Source: Blepharisma stoltei ATCC 30299 (lineage: Eukaryota; Protista; Ciliophora). From it: a stretch of 64,000 nt of DNA. The notes below the pieces were generated by a model. It was not told where the DNA came from, made no database searches, and saw only the letters and a list, made by a program, of their open reading frames with translations. Shown in pieces: positions 1 through 12,258 of this stretch; the stretch's first letter is position 1, and each line of letters begins with the position of its first letter. The stretch is taken from contig CBFDEM010000052.1 in assembly GCA_965603825.1 (NCBI GenBank), forward strand, positions 496,001 through 560,000, written 5' to 3'. The position numbers were made by a program, and so were the translations under genes.

Positions 1-589
1 ATTACTTAATTCAAGTTAATTTTTGGTGAAAATTAAAATTTGTATGGTTTTTATTATAGAGCCAATATTTAGAAAGAGATTATTAAATATATAGTAAAAT
101 TAATGCTAAGAAATATAACTGCTAACTAAGCTATTTTCTTCACAAGAATGTTATATTGCAATATACATTCTATTATGAGAATTAAATAATTTATTAAATC
201 TTATAAGTAAAAATCCTTGATTAATTACAATCAAAATGGAAAAATAAATGGAAAAATTAAAGGAAAGAGCTTAGGTTCACCCAATAAATTGTAGCTAAAT
301 ACTTTTTTATGATCAGATTTCTCTTTCAGAGCTTTACAATCATCACTAATAGTAATCTCGCAAAAGATTTTGAATTATAGTTAATCTAATAAAAAATAAC
401 CAACCTAATTAATCCCAGATTTTCCCTTTCCAAAATAAACCCTAATTTACTTCCTAAATTGCCAACCAGCCACTTAAAAAATATCCAAACTTTTTATTAC
501 TCCAAAACACTATTAATTTTATCCCAAAAACAGTCACTCTAGTATTCGTTTTTATTTCACATTCTCTTAAATTATTGGTGTTATAAAAA

Positions 590-1144
590 ATGTCCAAGAA
601 AGCCAAGTATGTGTCTGAAAGCGCTACCAGAGACGCCAAAAGAGGTGGATCAAGAGGAAAATCCCCTGGCAGAGGCAAACAAGCTGAGGCTCCAGACACC
701 TCAAACTTGACCCAAGACGAAATCAATGAAATCAAGGAAGCCTTCGATCTCTTTGATTCCGATAATTCAGGCACCATTGATCCAAAAGAAATCAACGCTG
801 CACTTGCATCCTTAGGACAAGATAAAACCCCAACCATCTTCAGACTGCTTGCTGGCATTGAAGAACTCGGCGCTGCCATTACCTTCGATGACTTCTTAGG
901 CCATATCAGCGAAAGGCTTGGCCACAGAAACACTAAGGACGGAATCAAAAGAATTTTCGACCTATTTGACGCAGATGGCTCAGAAACAATTAACGTCAAA
1001 AATCTTGCCAGAGTTGCCAGAGAGCTAGGAGAAAGCATGACTGAAGAAGAACTCCAAGAAGCCTTGGCTAAGGTGTCAGCTGATAAGACATCAATGACTT
1101 TTGATGATTTCTATACAGTTATGACCAAGAAGATTTATGGCTAA
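590..1144 (+). CDS. Centrin/caltractin-family EF-hand protein with basic N-terminal extension
   Basis: EIKEAFDLFDSDNSGTIDPKE, RIFDLFD, NLARVARELGESMTEEELQE and C-terminal FDDFYTVMTKK are typical of ciliate centrins. Confidence 0.9.
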   Translation: MSKKAKYVSESATRDAKRGGSRGKSPGRGKQAEAPDTSNLTQDEINEIKEAFDLFDSDNSGTIDPKEINAALASLGQDKTPTIFRLLAGIEELGAAITFDDFLGHISERLGHRNTKDGIKRIFDLFDADGSETINVKNLARVARELGESMTEEELQEALAKVSADKTSMTFDDFYTVMTKKIYG

Positions 1145-1366
1145 CTTAACAATATTTAAACATAATAATGGTTATTATGGGGAAGATAATGGGAGAAATA
1201 AGCATTTTTAAAAATATTAAGCATTTTGGAATTAATTTCAAAATCAGAGTAATTATTATTCATAAATAGCTCAAAATATAGATATAGAAGAGGGTGCAGT
1301 TATGATCATGAAAATTGAGTAACTGATTTGATTATATTAAATTATTAAATTAGAAAATTACAGTGA

Positions 1367-4063
1367 ATGGGCTGCAGCTGCATTAAACCAGATTTAGGAA
1401 AAGGCTCAGGCTATATAGTACCAGAAAACCTGTTTCAAGACCCAAACAAGCGAGATTTCAGCAAAATATCGACAAGATTCCCGTACCCAGGATCGACAGG
1501 GCCTAAGCAAAGACATAAGAAGCCTATAATTGATCTAAGGAGATTGATGTACGCTAATTCTGAAGCAAGCTCAGCAACCGTGAATGATAGAGAAAAAGGC
1601 AAAGAAGACGTGAGATTAATACTGGAAGTCATCAATAAGCATTCTATCTTGCAAAATCTCGACGAGGATAGTAAAATCGCACTTGTCAAAAATATGAAAT
1701 TCTATGAAATAGGGCCGAGGGAGATGATTTTTGAGCAGGGACAGCCTGGGTTTTGCTTTTATGTGCTATTTTCAGGGAGGGTAGAGCTGAGAGTAGACAA
1801 TGAAAGAAAAGCGATCCTTAAAGCAGGTTCCGGATTTGGAGAACTAGCTTTACTTGACGACAGACCTCGCTCCGCAACAGTCCGAACCATTGAGCGCTGC
1901 TCCCTGTGAGGGGTAGATCGCCAAACATTTAAAGAAGCTGTTAAAAAAGTAACTGCTTTAAACTATGAAGAAAACAAGACTTTTATCGAAAGCGTCCCAC
2001 TTTTTCAAACCTTTACCAATGCGCAAAAAGACGCTTTATTGTCTTCGCTTGTCACACAAAAATTTTCCAATTGTGAGAGGATTGTAAAAGAAGGAGACAC
2101 TGGAGATTTATTTTACATTATTAAAGATGGGATCGTATCTTGCTCTGAAAATGACAGAGAAATGAGGCAAATGGTTAAAGGCGACTACTTTGGAGAATTA
2201 GCACTTCTTTATGATTCTAAAAGAACAGCTACGATTACAGCAATCGGAGAGGTAAAGCTGGTTTCAATTGGAAGGAAATCACTGATAGAAGTTCTTGGGA
2301 ATAACTTAGAACAAATTTTAAATAGAAATTCCCAGAGAATAGCAGTCGAAAAAAGTGAGGTATTAAAAATCCTTTCAACTGACCAAAAGGAAGCAATTTT
2401 TAATACGATGAGAGTGTCTATTTATAAGGCAGGAGAACTTGTAATATCAAGAGGAACCCCAAAAGGCCGCAATCTCTGAATAATTACCAAGGGTAGATTA
2501 AGAGGCCCAGTTGGTGACATAGAGACTTTTTCTTGCATAGGTGACGCTGAATTACTTGAAGATCCTCGAGAAAATTATTCTGTAGATTTTGTTTCAGAAA
2601 ATGAATCAATTATAGCTCACATAACTAAAGAAGAAATCGAAAAATGTATAGAAGGGACGCTTAATGAAATCCAAGCTATGAACGAAATCATTGGAATATT
2701 AAAAAGTGTCCAATTACTAAAAGGACTATCTCAAGAAAGATTTAAGCTTCTAATAGCTGCATTAAGAGAAATACATTACTCAAATGGACAAGTTATTGTC
2801 GAACAAAACAGCTCTGGAGATTCATTTTTTATTGTAAAATCTGGCAAAGTCAGTGTACAAAAAGATGGGGCTAATATCCGAAATATAACAAAGCATGATT
2901 ATTTTGGAGAAAGATCAGTGTTATTTAATGACTTTAAAAGAAGTGCAACTGTTGTGGCAAATGGAGAGGTAGATTGCTGAATCGTTGAAAAAAAAGATTT
3001 TTTGAATATTATTGATGATGGGATTAGAGCACAGCTATTAAAAAGAATTGAATTGCAGGATGATATTATTAGTTTTGATGACATCTTACCAATCAAAATA
3101 GTAGGTAAAGGTGCTTTTGGCACTGTTTATTTAACAGCTCATAAAAAAGCAACGATTTTTTATGCTTTAAAATCAGTTTTAAAATCCAAAGTCTTCAAAT
3201 ATGATATTTATCACAACATTTTGCTTGAAAGAAATATTATGCTCCAATTAGACCACAATATGATTGTAAAGCTTGTAAAAACCTTCAAAGACGAGTCCAG
3301 ATTTTATTTTCTTATGGAGTATGTACATGGACAAGACCTATTTGACGTTCTTGCTGATTTAGGAAGTTTAAAAGAAAACGACGCAAAGTTTTACGCTGGG
3401 TGTTTTGTATTAATGTTTCAATATTTACATGAAAGAGATATAATTTATCGTGATCTCAAGCCAGAAAATGTTATGATTGACGAAGAAGGGTATCCAAAAC
3501 TTATTGATTTTGGGGCTGCCAAAGTGATTCATGGACGGTCTTTTACGACTTTAGGGACACCTCATTATATGGCCCCTGAGGTAATTTTAGGATCTGGGTA
3601 TTCGGTTCAAGCTGACTTATGAAGCCTAGGGATCCTGATTTACGAATTTCTATTTGGGAGAGTCCCATTTGGAGAAGATTTTAACGACCCTCATGAAATT
3701 TATGAAAAAGTCTTGGAGTATCGACTTACGTGGCCAATTGACCTTGACCCTGCTGCCAGCTCTAAAAACTTTGTGCAGCAGCTTTTAAACAAGAATCCTG
3801 CTATGAGAATGGGAGGAGTTACCACAAACTTAAAAGAGCACAAGTGATTCGTGGGGCTTTCATGGGTAATTTTTATATAGGAGCGACTAATTACAAAGCA
3901 GCATAAAGCTCCTTATATTCCGAAGCTCAGGTCGCTTACCTCTGATTTATCTAACGCCAAAAAGAATCCTAGGAGTTTACGAGAGTTCATTTTGAATGAA
4001 GAACAATGTGAAGATTTTCCAAGAAACCTTGAGTTCCCTACAGATTGGGATGTTGATTTTTAA
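1367..4063 (+). CDS. cGMP-dependent protein kinase (PKG-like): four CNB domains (one degenerate) plus AGC kinase domain
   Basis: Four ORF-track fragments join in one frame through TGA=Trp at 1907, 2477, 2978, 3620 and 3845; 15-nt intron 3866-3880; stop TAA 4061-4063. Motifs FGELALL..PRSAT, FGERSVL..RSAT, GKGAFG, YRDLKPEN, DFG, GTPHYMAPE, C-terminal WDVDF; N-terminal MGC acylation motif. Confidence 0.92.
3866..3880 (+). other. 15-nt spliceosomal intron
   Basis: GTAATTTTTATATAG; removes an in-frame TAG in the PKG gene. Confidence 0.88.
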
Positions 4064-4188
4064 AATGTTTTATATACTGTACATGAATTAAACTGGTATC
4101 TACTGAAATCTGAAACCATATTTATTTCGATTAAGTCTAATTTATAAGAAGTTATGAGCCACCCTTGACCAGGGTGAGCTATTTACAG

Positions 4189-4575
4189 TTAAAGCGCCGC
4201 CATTGAATTTTCGTCAACAGCTGAGTCGCTATCTATTTTAAAGCAAGCCATGCTTATTTCGTCCTCCGTGCTGCTTCGAGAAGGGGTCTCTTGTTTCACG
4301 AATCTTCCACAAACCCGCGTCCTTTTATCGGCAGAGTCTTTTCGGCTTTGATACCTTACCTTTTTATCATAGACTCGGGAATGTTTCTTTTCAAGGTAGC
4401 GTTTTACCTTGTTGGCTCTTTCTGATTTGGTTAAGCTGCCGAGATAAGAGTTGTCAGGGTTCATCAGAAATTGTGAAGCAGGGATCAGAAGAAAATGAGT
4501 AACCGGCTTGATCGCGATTGGCATCGCTATATCAGCATCATACTTGTTGTCAAGTGGATAGTCAGGGCTGTCCAT
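4189..4575 (-). CDS. CCT (CONSTANS/CO-like/TOC1) motif protein
   Basis: [43 protein letters not shown] matches the CCT consensus; the start may lie upstream at 4617 (see findings). Confidence 0.85.
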   Translation of the reverse strand: MDSPDYPLDNKYDADIAMPIAIKPVTHFLLIPASQFLMNPDNSYLGSLTKSERANKVKRYLEKKHSRVYDKKVRYQSRKDSADKRTRVCGRFVKQETPSRSSTEDEISMACFKIDSDSAVDENSMAAL

Positions 4576-4974
4576 ATTTTATTAATATAACCTCAGGCTG
4601 AGATGCGCGAAATCCATATTTTAAGATAAGAGATATGAATCAGAAACTCTGAAGATCAAAAATAGGAAAAATAGAAAATAAATTATGGTGTATAGGCTTT
4701 CAGGAAGAAATGGGGATATTTTATAAATTTTAGAAGCTTGGGAAATATTATTGGAAGTATAATAAGAGTGAATTTTTATAATGAAAAACATTTTTGTTGA
4801 AATATATTTAAATACTTACCGTTTTATTAACTTAGCTTATATGATTGGAAATAAATATTAGAATACATAGACTATACACCCTTGGCACTTGCTTTCCCAA
4901 TACCGCTTAGGTAATAAATAAAATATATACCATTAAAAACTCAAGATTAGAAAAGAAACTAACTCTTATTTCAA

Positions 4975-6003
4975 TTAGCTACTAGGATTTGGATTTTGAA
5001 GCAGTGGCTGCTGCAATTCTGGCTCACTTCTCTGTCCTTGATTCCTCTTATTCTTTATATAATTCATTGCAGCACTTGATGCGTTTTTCGTTTCCCTCCC
5101 CACTTCTCCTAAAAATTTCATCGTATCCTGCTTTACTTGTTGCACTGTCGGATTGGTATTGAAATAGTTATATGATATTGTCGCACCTTCTACAAGCTGA
5201 TTTGCAGTTGTTTTAGCTACATTTGCCACATATTGAGCACGAGGATGCTGTGATAACTTTTTTACCTCTTCTGAGACTTTATTGATGGCTTCTGTGCCTT
5301 GTTCGTTGATTTTTTGAAGAGTTGGGTTAGTAGCTGCATAGCTATTAAGTGCAGTAGCGGCTTTATTCCCAGCCTCGACTGTTTTATTGTAGGCGCTTTT
5401 AGCCCATGCCTTCCAGCCTGTAGGCTGCGGCTCTGGAGGTGCATTGATGTTTTGAGAATTCCCATCAGGAAGCGGGGCATATTGATTGCCTGTATTAGGC
5501 TGAGCATATTGAAGATTTTGCTGAGGCAAAACTGGATACTGTTGAGGACCTGCAGGTGCTAAATTCGGGTATGCTGGATTATTTTCATCAATTAATTGGA
5601 TCCCTATATCTGCTGAAGGGAAATCTACGTCATAAGGCTCATTTTCTGACACAACATCTAGCATTCCTCTATAATAAGCTGCAGCCTTAGTCCTATATTT
5701 AAAAGCAATAGGTGTTTCTCTAGTAATGTTGTATTGAGTTAGAAATTCCCGAAATGCTGAATTCCCACCGGCTGCCATAAGTTTTAGCTGCTTAATCGTC
5801 CACGGTTCTGCAGTCCAAGATTTAACGTTGGTGATAGATGGGCCAAGAACTATGTGCATTCCAGCACATTGGGCACATATGAGTACTCCATGATTTGTGG
5901 AAGCATGATCTGCACTTGGTGCGCCACAGTCAAAACAGTAGTTGTTTTCAGGGTCTTGTCGCAGGTTGTTGAAAACTTGGTTAATTACTTCTGGAGGCTG
6001 CAT
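4975..6003 (-). CDS. ArfGAP (ARFGAP1/Gcs1-like)
   Basis: NNYCFDCGA..HASTNHGVLICAQCAGMH zinc finger, GGN motif, KYRTKAAAYYR. Confidence 0.9.
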   Translation of the reverse strand: MQPPEVINQVFNNLRQDPENNYCFDCGAPSADHASTNHGVLICAQCAGMHIVLGPSITNVKSWTAEPWTIKQLKLMAAGGNSAFREFLTQYNITRETPIAFKYRTKAAAYYRGMLDVVSENEPYDVDFPSADIGIQLIDENNPAYPNLAPAGPQQYPVLPQQNLQYAQPNTGNQYAPLPDGNSQNINAPPEPQPTGWKAWAKSAYNKTVEAGNKAATALNSYAATNPTLQKINEQGTEAINKVSEEVKKLSQHPRAQYVANVAKTTANQLVEGATISYNYFNTNPTVQQVKQDTMKFLGEVGRETKNASSAAMNYIKNKRNQGQRSEPELQQPLLQNPNPSS

Positions 6004-6222
6004 AATTTATATATAAAATTTTTATTCGACACATTTCATGATGACGTATCCTATCATGTCTGATATATTAATATCTTAAATATTATTTAAATTTAAATTA
6101 GGGGAAAATAAAACATGCAGAAATTGATGATATTTTATAAAAATTCAATTTTGGTTAAAAATTAATGCATATTCTTAAAATACTTTAGCATTTAATAATA
6201 AATTATAACGCATTTTTTTACA

Positions 6223-7572
6223 TTATAAACAGCGGTTTAAGCTTATATCAGAAGTCAACGGACTATCACATCTTACGATTTCAGAGAAATTCAAAGGAGA
6301 ATTTGATTGCCTTAGCGGGGATTGATAATTGCTATTTCTTTCTCTTCGGACTGACAAGCTGTGAAAAGACGTTAACGAAGGATCTTTCCTTACTGTAGAA
6401 GTCACATCTCCCACTGCAAGCTTACTCTTAGCCTTCAATAGTTTCCCAATTAGATATTTTATTTCATTTTTCAGAGCAATTTCAGTCTCCTTTCAATTTT
6501 TAGCTGAAAGTTGGTGCTGAAGATTATTTTCTTGGGTTTCTATTTTAAGTCTCCCTATTTCTAATTCTGTTTTTTCTTTTTGAAGTAGAGAACACTCAAG
6601 TTTAATTAAAGCGTCTTGCAGTTCTTCATCTTTTACCTTTAGTTCTCCTTTCAAGGCTTCACAATTTTCACATAAGCTCAGAGAGTTTTTTTGTGAGCTA
6701 AGAATTCGGTTACGACTCTCCATTTGTAACGGTCTATCTTCATAAAAAGAATTATTTTGGGGAGACTCAGCTTGATTTTCTATTGGTAAAGTAGACGCTT
6801 TCGGACTTCTCAAATTTTTTTCTATCATATATCTATATGACTCTAATTGGGAATTCAAGTTTTCAATTCTTTTTTGATAAACAGCAATGTTATCAGCTTG
6901 TTTTAATTTTTCGATTTTGTCCTTTTGGTGGTGAATTTTTATTTGGAGCGATTTAATTTCAGATTTTAACGTGTCTGTTTCTTTGTTAAACATAGATTTC
7001 AAATGAAATATTGCTGCATCAGCTTCTTGTCTTACTTTATTCACCTCGTTTCTAGACTCATCTCTATGTATTTCCATCTCTCTGTTAGCTTCATGCAGCT
7101 TCAGCTCCATTTGAAATTTTATTTTATTTCAAGCTTCATCATTATTTCCACTCAGCTCTCTCATTTGTTTTTCTAAGCTAAATTTCTCATTTTCCAATGT
7201 TTTTATTTTGGCATGGAGCTCACATTTTTCGCTTTCAAATTTAATTTTCTCTTGTTTTAATTCTATTTTTAATTCTTTGTTAGAAATTAGTAAATCGTAG
7301 TTTACTTTTTCAAGGGAGGAGGATTTTTCGGAGTATCTTAGTTTTAGGTTATCAATATCTCTTGTTAACTGGTCGTTTGATTTTTTTAGTTCTTCAAGAA
7401 GATTGTCCTAAATTATGGTTACTCTTAGAGGGAGATTGTGTTGTATTGCTTGCATAAGGGAATCATTAAGCTTTTTTAGATTGGATTCACGGGTTTTGGT
7501 TTCTTCTAGTTCAAGTCTAAGAAACTCGTTCTTTTGATTTAGCAAGGCTTCTTCAATTGTATTCCCGGACAT
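6223..7572 (-). CDS. Coiled-coil protein, function unknown
   Basis: ATG 7572; 15-nt intron 7408-7422; TGA=Trp at 7129 and 6493 join the ORF fragments; heptad-rich, with ALKNEIKYLIGKLLKAK near the C-terminus. Confidence 0.75.
7408..7422 (-). other. 15-nt spliceosomal intron
   Basis: GTAACCATAATTTAG; removes an in-frame TAG. Confidence 0.8.
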
Positions 7573-7792
7573 CTTGGAAATAAAGTATTACTCGTTTAGA
7601 TGTAAAAACATGCATTATTGTTTTAAGCTAGAATTCAGCTTAATTTTATTGATTAAATAGTGAAAAAATAATTATTTTCCTTAAATTTTATTAAAATAAT
7701 AAAAAATGCGTTTTTAAAATATTTATGCCATTTCGCATAAAATTTAAACAAATATTCCCTTTATTTCAATATTGTTAGATTTAATTAGAATA

Positions 7793-8692
7793 ATGAAGCA
7801 TTTAGATTTAAATTCCCAAGAATTCCATTCACCTAAACAAACACCGAATAGAAGTTTCCAGTCTCTCAGACTCAGAAATTTAAATGAAGAACGATTACGC
7901 ATAAAATCTTTAGATAAAAAAGATCAATTGTTATCAAAAATCCAAAGCTCTTCCGATATATTTGAATTAGAAAATAGCTGAACAGATTTAAAAGAATCTA
8001 TGGCAAATACTTCAAGAAATGATGATTCTTCACATAAACTTAAATTACCATTGAGTAAAAGTAGAAGAAGAGAACTGGGCCCAACCAATACACAATTTCT
8101 TTGTAATATTGCTCTAGCCACGCAAAAAGCACTTTCTACAATAAAATTCTTAGAAAATAAAAAAAAAGAAACAGAAACACAGTCTAATAATGTCAGTCTA
8201 GACAAGATTGAAAAAGAAGGCTATGAACATAAAATTAATTGTAACAACTCATACAAATGATATAAAAATGGACTTGAAAACACAAGCTATGATGAAAAAT
8301 CTATAAAAGAAAATGCAAAAAATAAACAAATGCCAATAAATAAATCTCCGAATCAAAAATTAGTTTTGAATCCTCAAAAGCCTCCAAAAAGTAGAAATAA
8401 GCTAACTCTAGCTAACAAATCAACTAGGGTTATAGATACAAAAATAAAAGATAAGCTCAATACGAGCCAAGACTTAAAAAATCCTCCCTTATCTCCATAT
8501 GATACTAAAATTGACATTTTAAAAGCCCAGCATTTAAAAATCGAAGATTTAAAATTTAAAAATGAAAGTCCAAGTTTTAAGCAGCGGTCAAAAAAGCCTA
8601 AAAAATTATCAAAAGCCCAAGAGTTTAAGCTCATTGATAGGCTCCAGAATACCACTAGCGTAACAAGAATACTTGAAAGGCTAAATAATTAA
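7793..8692 (+). CDS. Hypothetical basic, low-complexity protein
   Basis: Three same-frame ORF fragments joined by TGA at 7979 and 8258; ends TAA. Confidence 0.65.
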
Positions 8693-9086
8693 TTGTTTAA
8701 ATAAAATCAATATGCTCCTAGTTGTCATATTTAAATTTAAAAATACAAATTATTTATAATGAACCTTACAGCTTATCTGACTATAATAATTTTGACTCTA
8801 ATACTCAACTTGCTATTCTATACCAGGGAGCTGATTGACACAAATTATATTTCTTCATAAACTTTTACTAGAAATTAAAATAATCATACACAAAAATTAA
8901 TGAAATATCTGACTATAAAGAACTCATTCGGACAATCACTGCCAAAAATGGAAAGATTTCTTCTGAAATATACAAACTCATGCCCTTCTTTTATCATCTT
9001 TTTAAAACCCCACAATTCTACACATCAGGACTCTTTTTATATAATTATAGATTGTTTTTAATCCAAATTAGAGATTTAATCACTTA

Positions 9087-9428
9087 TTAATCTTGTTTCT
9101 TCTGAGTGAATTCTCTGATCTTTGCGCTGACGACTTCGACATATGAGCCTCCAAACTGCTTTAAAGTGTTATATACGAGTATTGATCCACCTACTTTTGG
9201 AGCAACCAATAGGATGATTACTAAAATCTTAAAAATTGCATATAAGGTCGAATCCAAATACCATCCCAATGTCTGAAGTACTGCAAAAGCAAACCAATAG
9301 AAAGTCCAGGTCATGAAATCTTTGTCATAGTCTTGCTTGGTTTCGTTCACAAAACTTAATGTTTTGAAGGCTGGGTAGACAACTCCTCCAAGAATTTCTA
9401 TTAGGAAACCCAAAATGCACCAGATCAT
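9087..9428 (-). CDS. HVA22/TB2/DP1 (REEP/Yop1-like) ER-shaping protein
   Basis: GGVVYPAFKTL, WTFYW and LLVAPKVGGSILVY match the family pattern. Confidence 0.85.
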   Translation of the reverse strand: MIWCILGFLIEILGGVVYPAFKTLSFVNETKQDYDKDFMTWTFYWFAFAVLQTLGWYLDSTLYAIFKILVIILLVAPKVGGSILVYNTLKQFGGSYVEVVSAKIREFTQKKQD

Positions 9429-9461
9429 TATATTTATTAGGAAATGGCAGCTTAATTAAGA

Positions 9462-10835
9462 TTAAAATAAACTAGGCACGTCAATATCAAATTGATGGGA
9501 TTTTGACAATAAATTTATGGTGTCTTCTTTATTGGGATTATAAAGCAAGTTAAACTCATGTGTAGTTATCACTAAAACTGATGTTTGGGCTGAGTCAGAA
9601 ATCACAGAGTATTTGGCAGGCTCATGCTTTCCTAGTAAAATTCTTTGTCCAAAATAGCTTCCTCTTGGAAGATAAAAATCTTTTTTGCTCTTTTTGTAAG
9701 TGATTCTGTTAGTTTTTTTGGAATATCGTGGAGTTTTGAAAGGATAAGTTATTCTTACTCTTCCAGAATAAATTATATACATTCCTTTTGGAATTATTCC
9801 AGCTGCCAAAACGACCTCGTCAAGGCAAAAATACTCCTTGTTTAGCGTATTTGCCAATAACGCTAAATCTATTGGTGCAATATGTTCAAAGGGGCTCAAG
9901 CTATTTAAAAAATGAAGAATTTTGCTTTCAATATCAATATTCGCCCTTACTGCCAATGTGTAATCTTCAGACGAAATTTTAATTAAATGGCATGCTTCTG
10001 CCGCAAAACATGTAGCGCTTCGTTGAGCTGCTTCATTATTTACGTTTCCTCTGACTATTGCATATTCCCCTATCACTTCTCCATCATACCTTGAATTAAT
10101 GATCCACGAAAGCTCTCCTGGTTTTTTTGACTCTTTTTGGACCCCTATAGACCCTCTTAAAATGACATATAAATGTTTCCCTATATCTCCTTCTCTGAAG
10201 ATAATTTCCCCTTTATTAAAAAATTCATATTTCCCAGCCCTCAGCATTTGTTTAACAATATCCGCTTTGTACTGCAGAAAAAACTTTAAATGTCTAGTCA
10301 AATTATAGATTTTTTCTATATCTCGGACAGGCTTTTTCATTTCTTCAATAATAAATTGGCAAGATTGCAAAGATAAAATTTGGGAATCAGAAAAAGGCTC
10401 TGCAGCCCTTGTTTTTACTGAAGGTAATAACAGTTCGTTCATAGATAGCAGTTTTCTTCGGTCATGCATAGGGTTTTGGGAGGATTTTACGTCTTTTTGT
10501 TTAAATCCTGGAGGGGATAAAATTTCTCGATCTATGCTATGGTCTGTAATCTTAAGTTTTAATGGTGTAACATATGTGGCAGGAAGCTCTATTTTCTTTC
10601 TGATATTTGCTCAATCGTGTTCATTAAATTTTGAATGATCAAGACTAGGAAGCTTGGAAACCGATTTATAAGGACTCTGAGTACTGGATTGGTCTGTTGT
10701 CTGCAAAGTGCTCATTCTTCGTGTAGGAGTTTTGAAATTGAAGTGGGTTAACGACTGACTTTTTTGAGGAGTTCTCACATAGGAGAAAAGGCTTTTTTTT
10801 AGCGTGGTTTTGATAGAAGTTTTGCTGGTATCCAT
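9462..10835 (-). CDS. Protein with two cyclic-nucleotide-binding domains
   Basis: IIFREGDIGKHLYVILRGSI, GEYAI..RSATC, second repeat MYIIYSGRV..GSYFGQ; N-terminal fragment joined in frame by TGA at 10611. Confidence 0.8.
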
Positions 10836-10935
10836 TATCTTTGTATTTATGAAGATAAATTAATAAAAATTGCTTCATTTAAATTCATTTCAATTTTCAT
10901 AAAATTTCAATTATTTTTATAAGGACTCATATTAA

Positions 10936-12201
10936 ATGGAAGAAGACCCAACTACACAGCTTCTAGCTTTACTTCAATCTAAAACTGAAGAGCTTAATAC
11001 TCTTCAATCCCAGCAAAACTCCTCACAATCTGCTGTCCTTTCGAGAGAAATTATCAATTTAGTTGATACTGCTCCGCCACTTAATGGCCTCCCCAAGCTT
11101 GCCAGAGCCAAACTCCTGTATTACAAAGGCCGCGCCTTAGCTACAAAAGATACCTATGACAAGTCAGCTGAAGACAACCTTACCAGAAGTGTCAAGCTTG
11201 ACCCCACAAATGGAGATGCATGGAATTGGATGGGCGAAATGTTATATCTAAAAGGCGACTACGCCCAAAGCAAACGTTGCTTTGAAGGCGCTTTAGAACA
11301 CACAGGCCCTAATAAAGAAATTTTAAGAAAATTATCAATGATTTCAAGATTTGTGGGAAATGATGAGGAAAGAAAAAATAATGTGGCTAATAGTGTAGGA
11401 CTAGCTAAACAAGCTTTAGCTATTGATATTAAGGATGGGAATTCTTGGTATGTCCTTGCAAATGCTCATTTGACCAATTTTTTTATTAATAGGCCATCAT
11501 CTGAAGAATTAAACAGAGCTCTGAAGGCATATGGACAAGCTGAAAACTTTTTGGACGCGCCGAATCCAGATTTATGCTATAATAGAGGAGAAGCTTATAA
11601 GTACCTAGAAAGGTACCAAGAAGCAATAATAGAGTTCCAAAAAGCCCATGAATTAGACCCAGCGTTAAATGCTCAAGGACAAATCAGCCAAATCATGGAA
11701 CTAGTCAGCTTGATTAACCAAAAAATCCGAACAAGCTGTGGGATCAAGAAAAAAACGCTATCTGCAATGGTAAAAACAATGCCTATCACTATAAAAAGCA
11801 AGCCATTTGGAGAAAACTACAGCCCTGCCCACTTAGGACTGCTTGAAGCTGGCAAAAATCAATCAAAAATCCTCATCTGTAAAGTCTTAGGAACTGCTGC
11901 TAGCGGCCCAGAAGCGACTCCTGCCGTTTTTATCGCTTGTGACTCTCAAGGCATCTTTTTTTGTTTAAGTGTTTACAATATAAATTCCCAAATCCATCAG
12001 CTTTTTACCTTTGAGTCAGTCCTTTTTATAGGAGATCCTTTACTATCAAAAGTCCAGCTTACTTTTGGAGAAATTGTAAAAAATATATAGAACATTGAAT
12101 ATTGAAATATAAAAGTGGTCGACCCGAATTCACTGCTAATTGATAGCAAAAAAATAGAAGGAGCATGCAGCCCAGGGGTTGTTGTTAACCAGGCTTTATA
12201 A
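10936..12201 (+). CDS. TTC5: Tetratricopeptide repeat protein 5 (TPR repeats plus C-terminal OB fold)
   Basis: KGRAL..AEDNLTRSVKLDP, LSMISR, DGNSWYVLANAHL, NPDLCYNRG; 15-nt intron 12076-12090; TGA at 12103; stop TAA 12199-12201. Confidence 0.85.
12076..12090 (+). other. 15-nt spliceosomal intron
   Basis: GTAAAAAATATATAG in TTC5. Confidence 0.82.
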
Positions 12202-12258
12202 TTCAATAAGCATTTATTAAAGAAATTAAGGTTTGGGATTTTCTATTAATTTTGAATC

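Noticed and set aside
454-1038. 194-aa antisense ORF over centrin, and similar shadow ORFs (12752-13105, 43462-43887, 54497-54868, 55049-55420, 61094-61456)
   Set aside because: Antisense shadows of well-supported genes, with no motifs and mostly non-ATG starts
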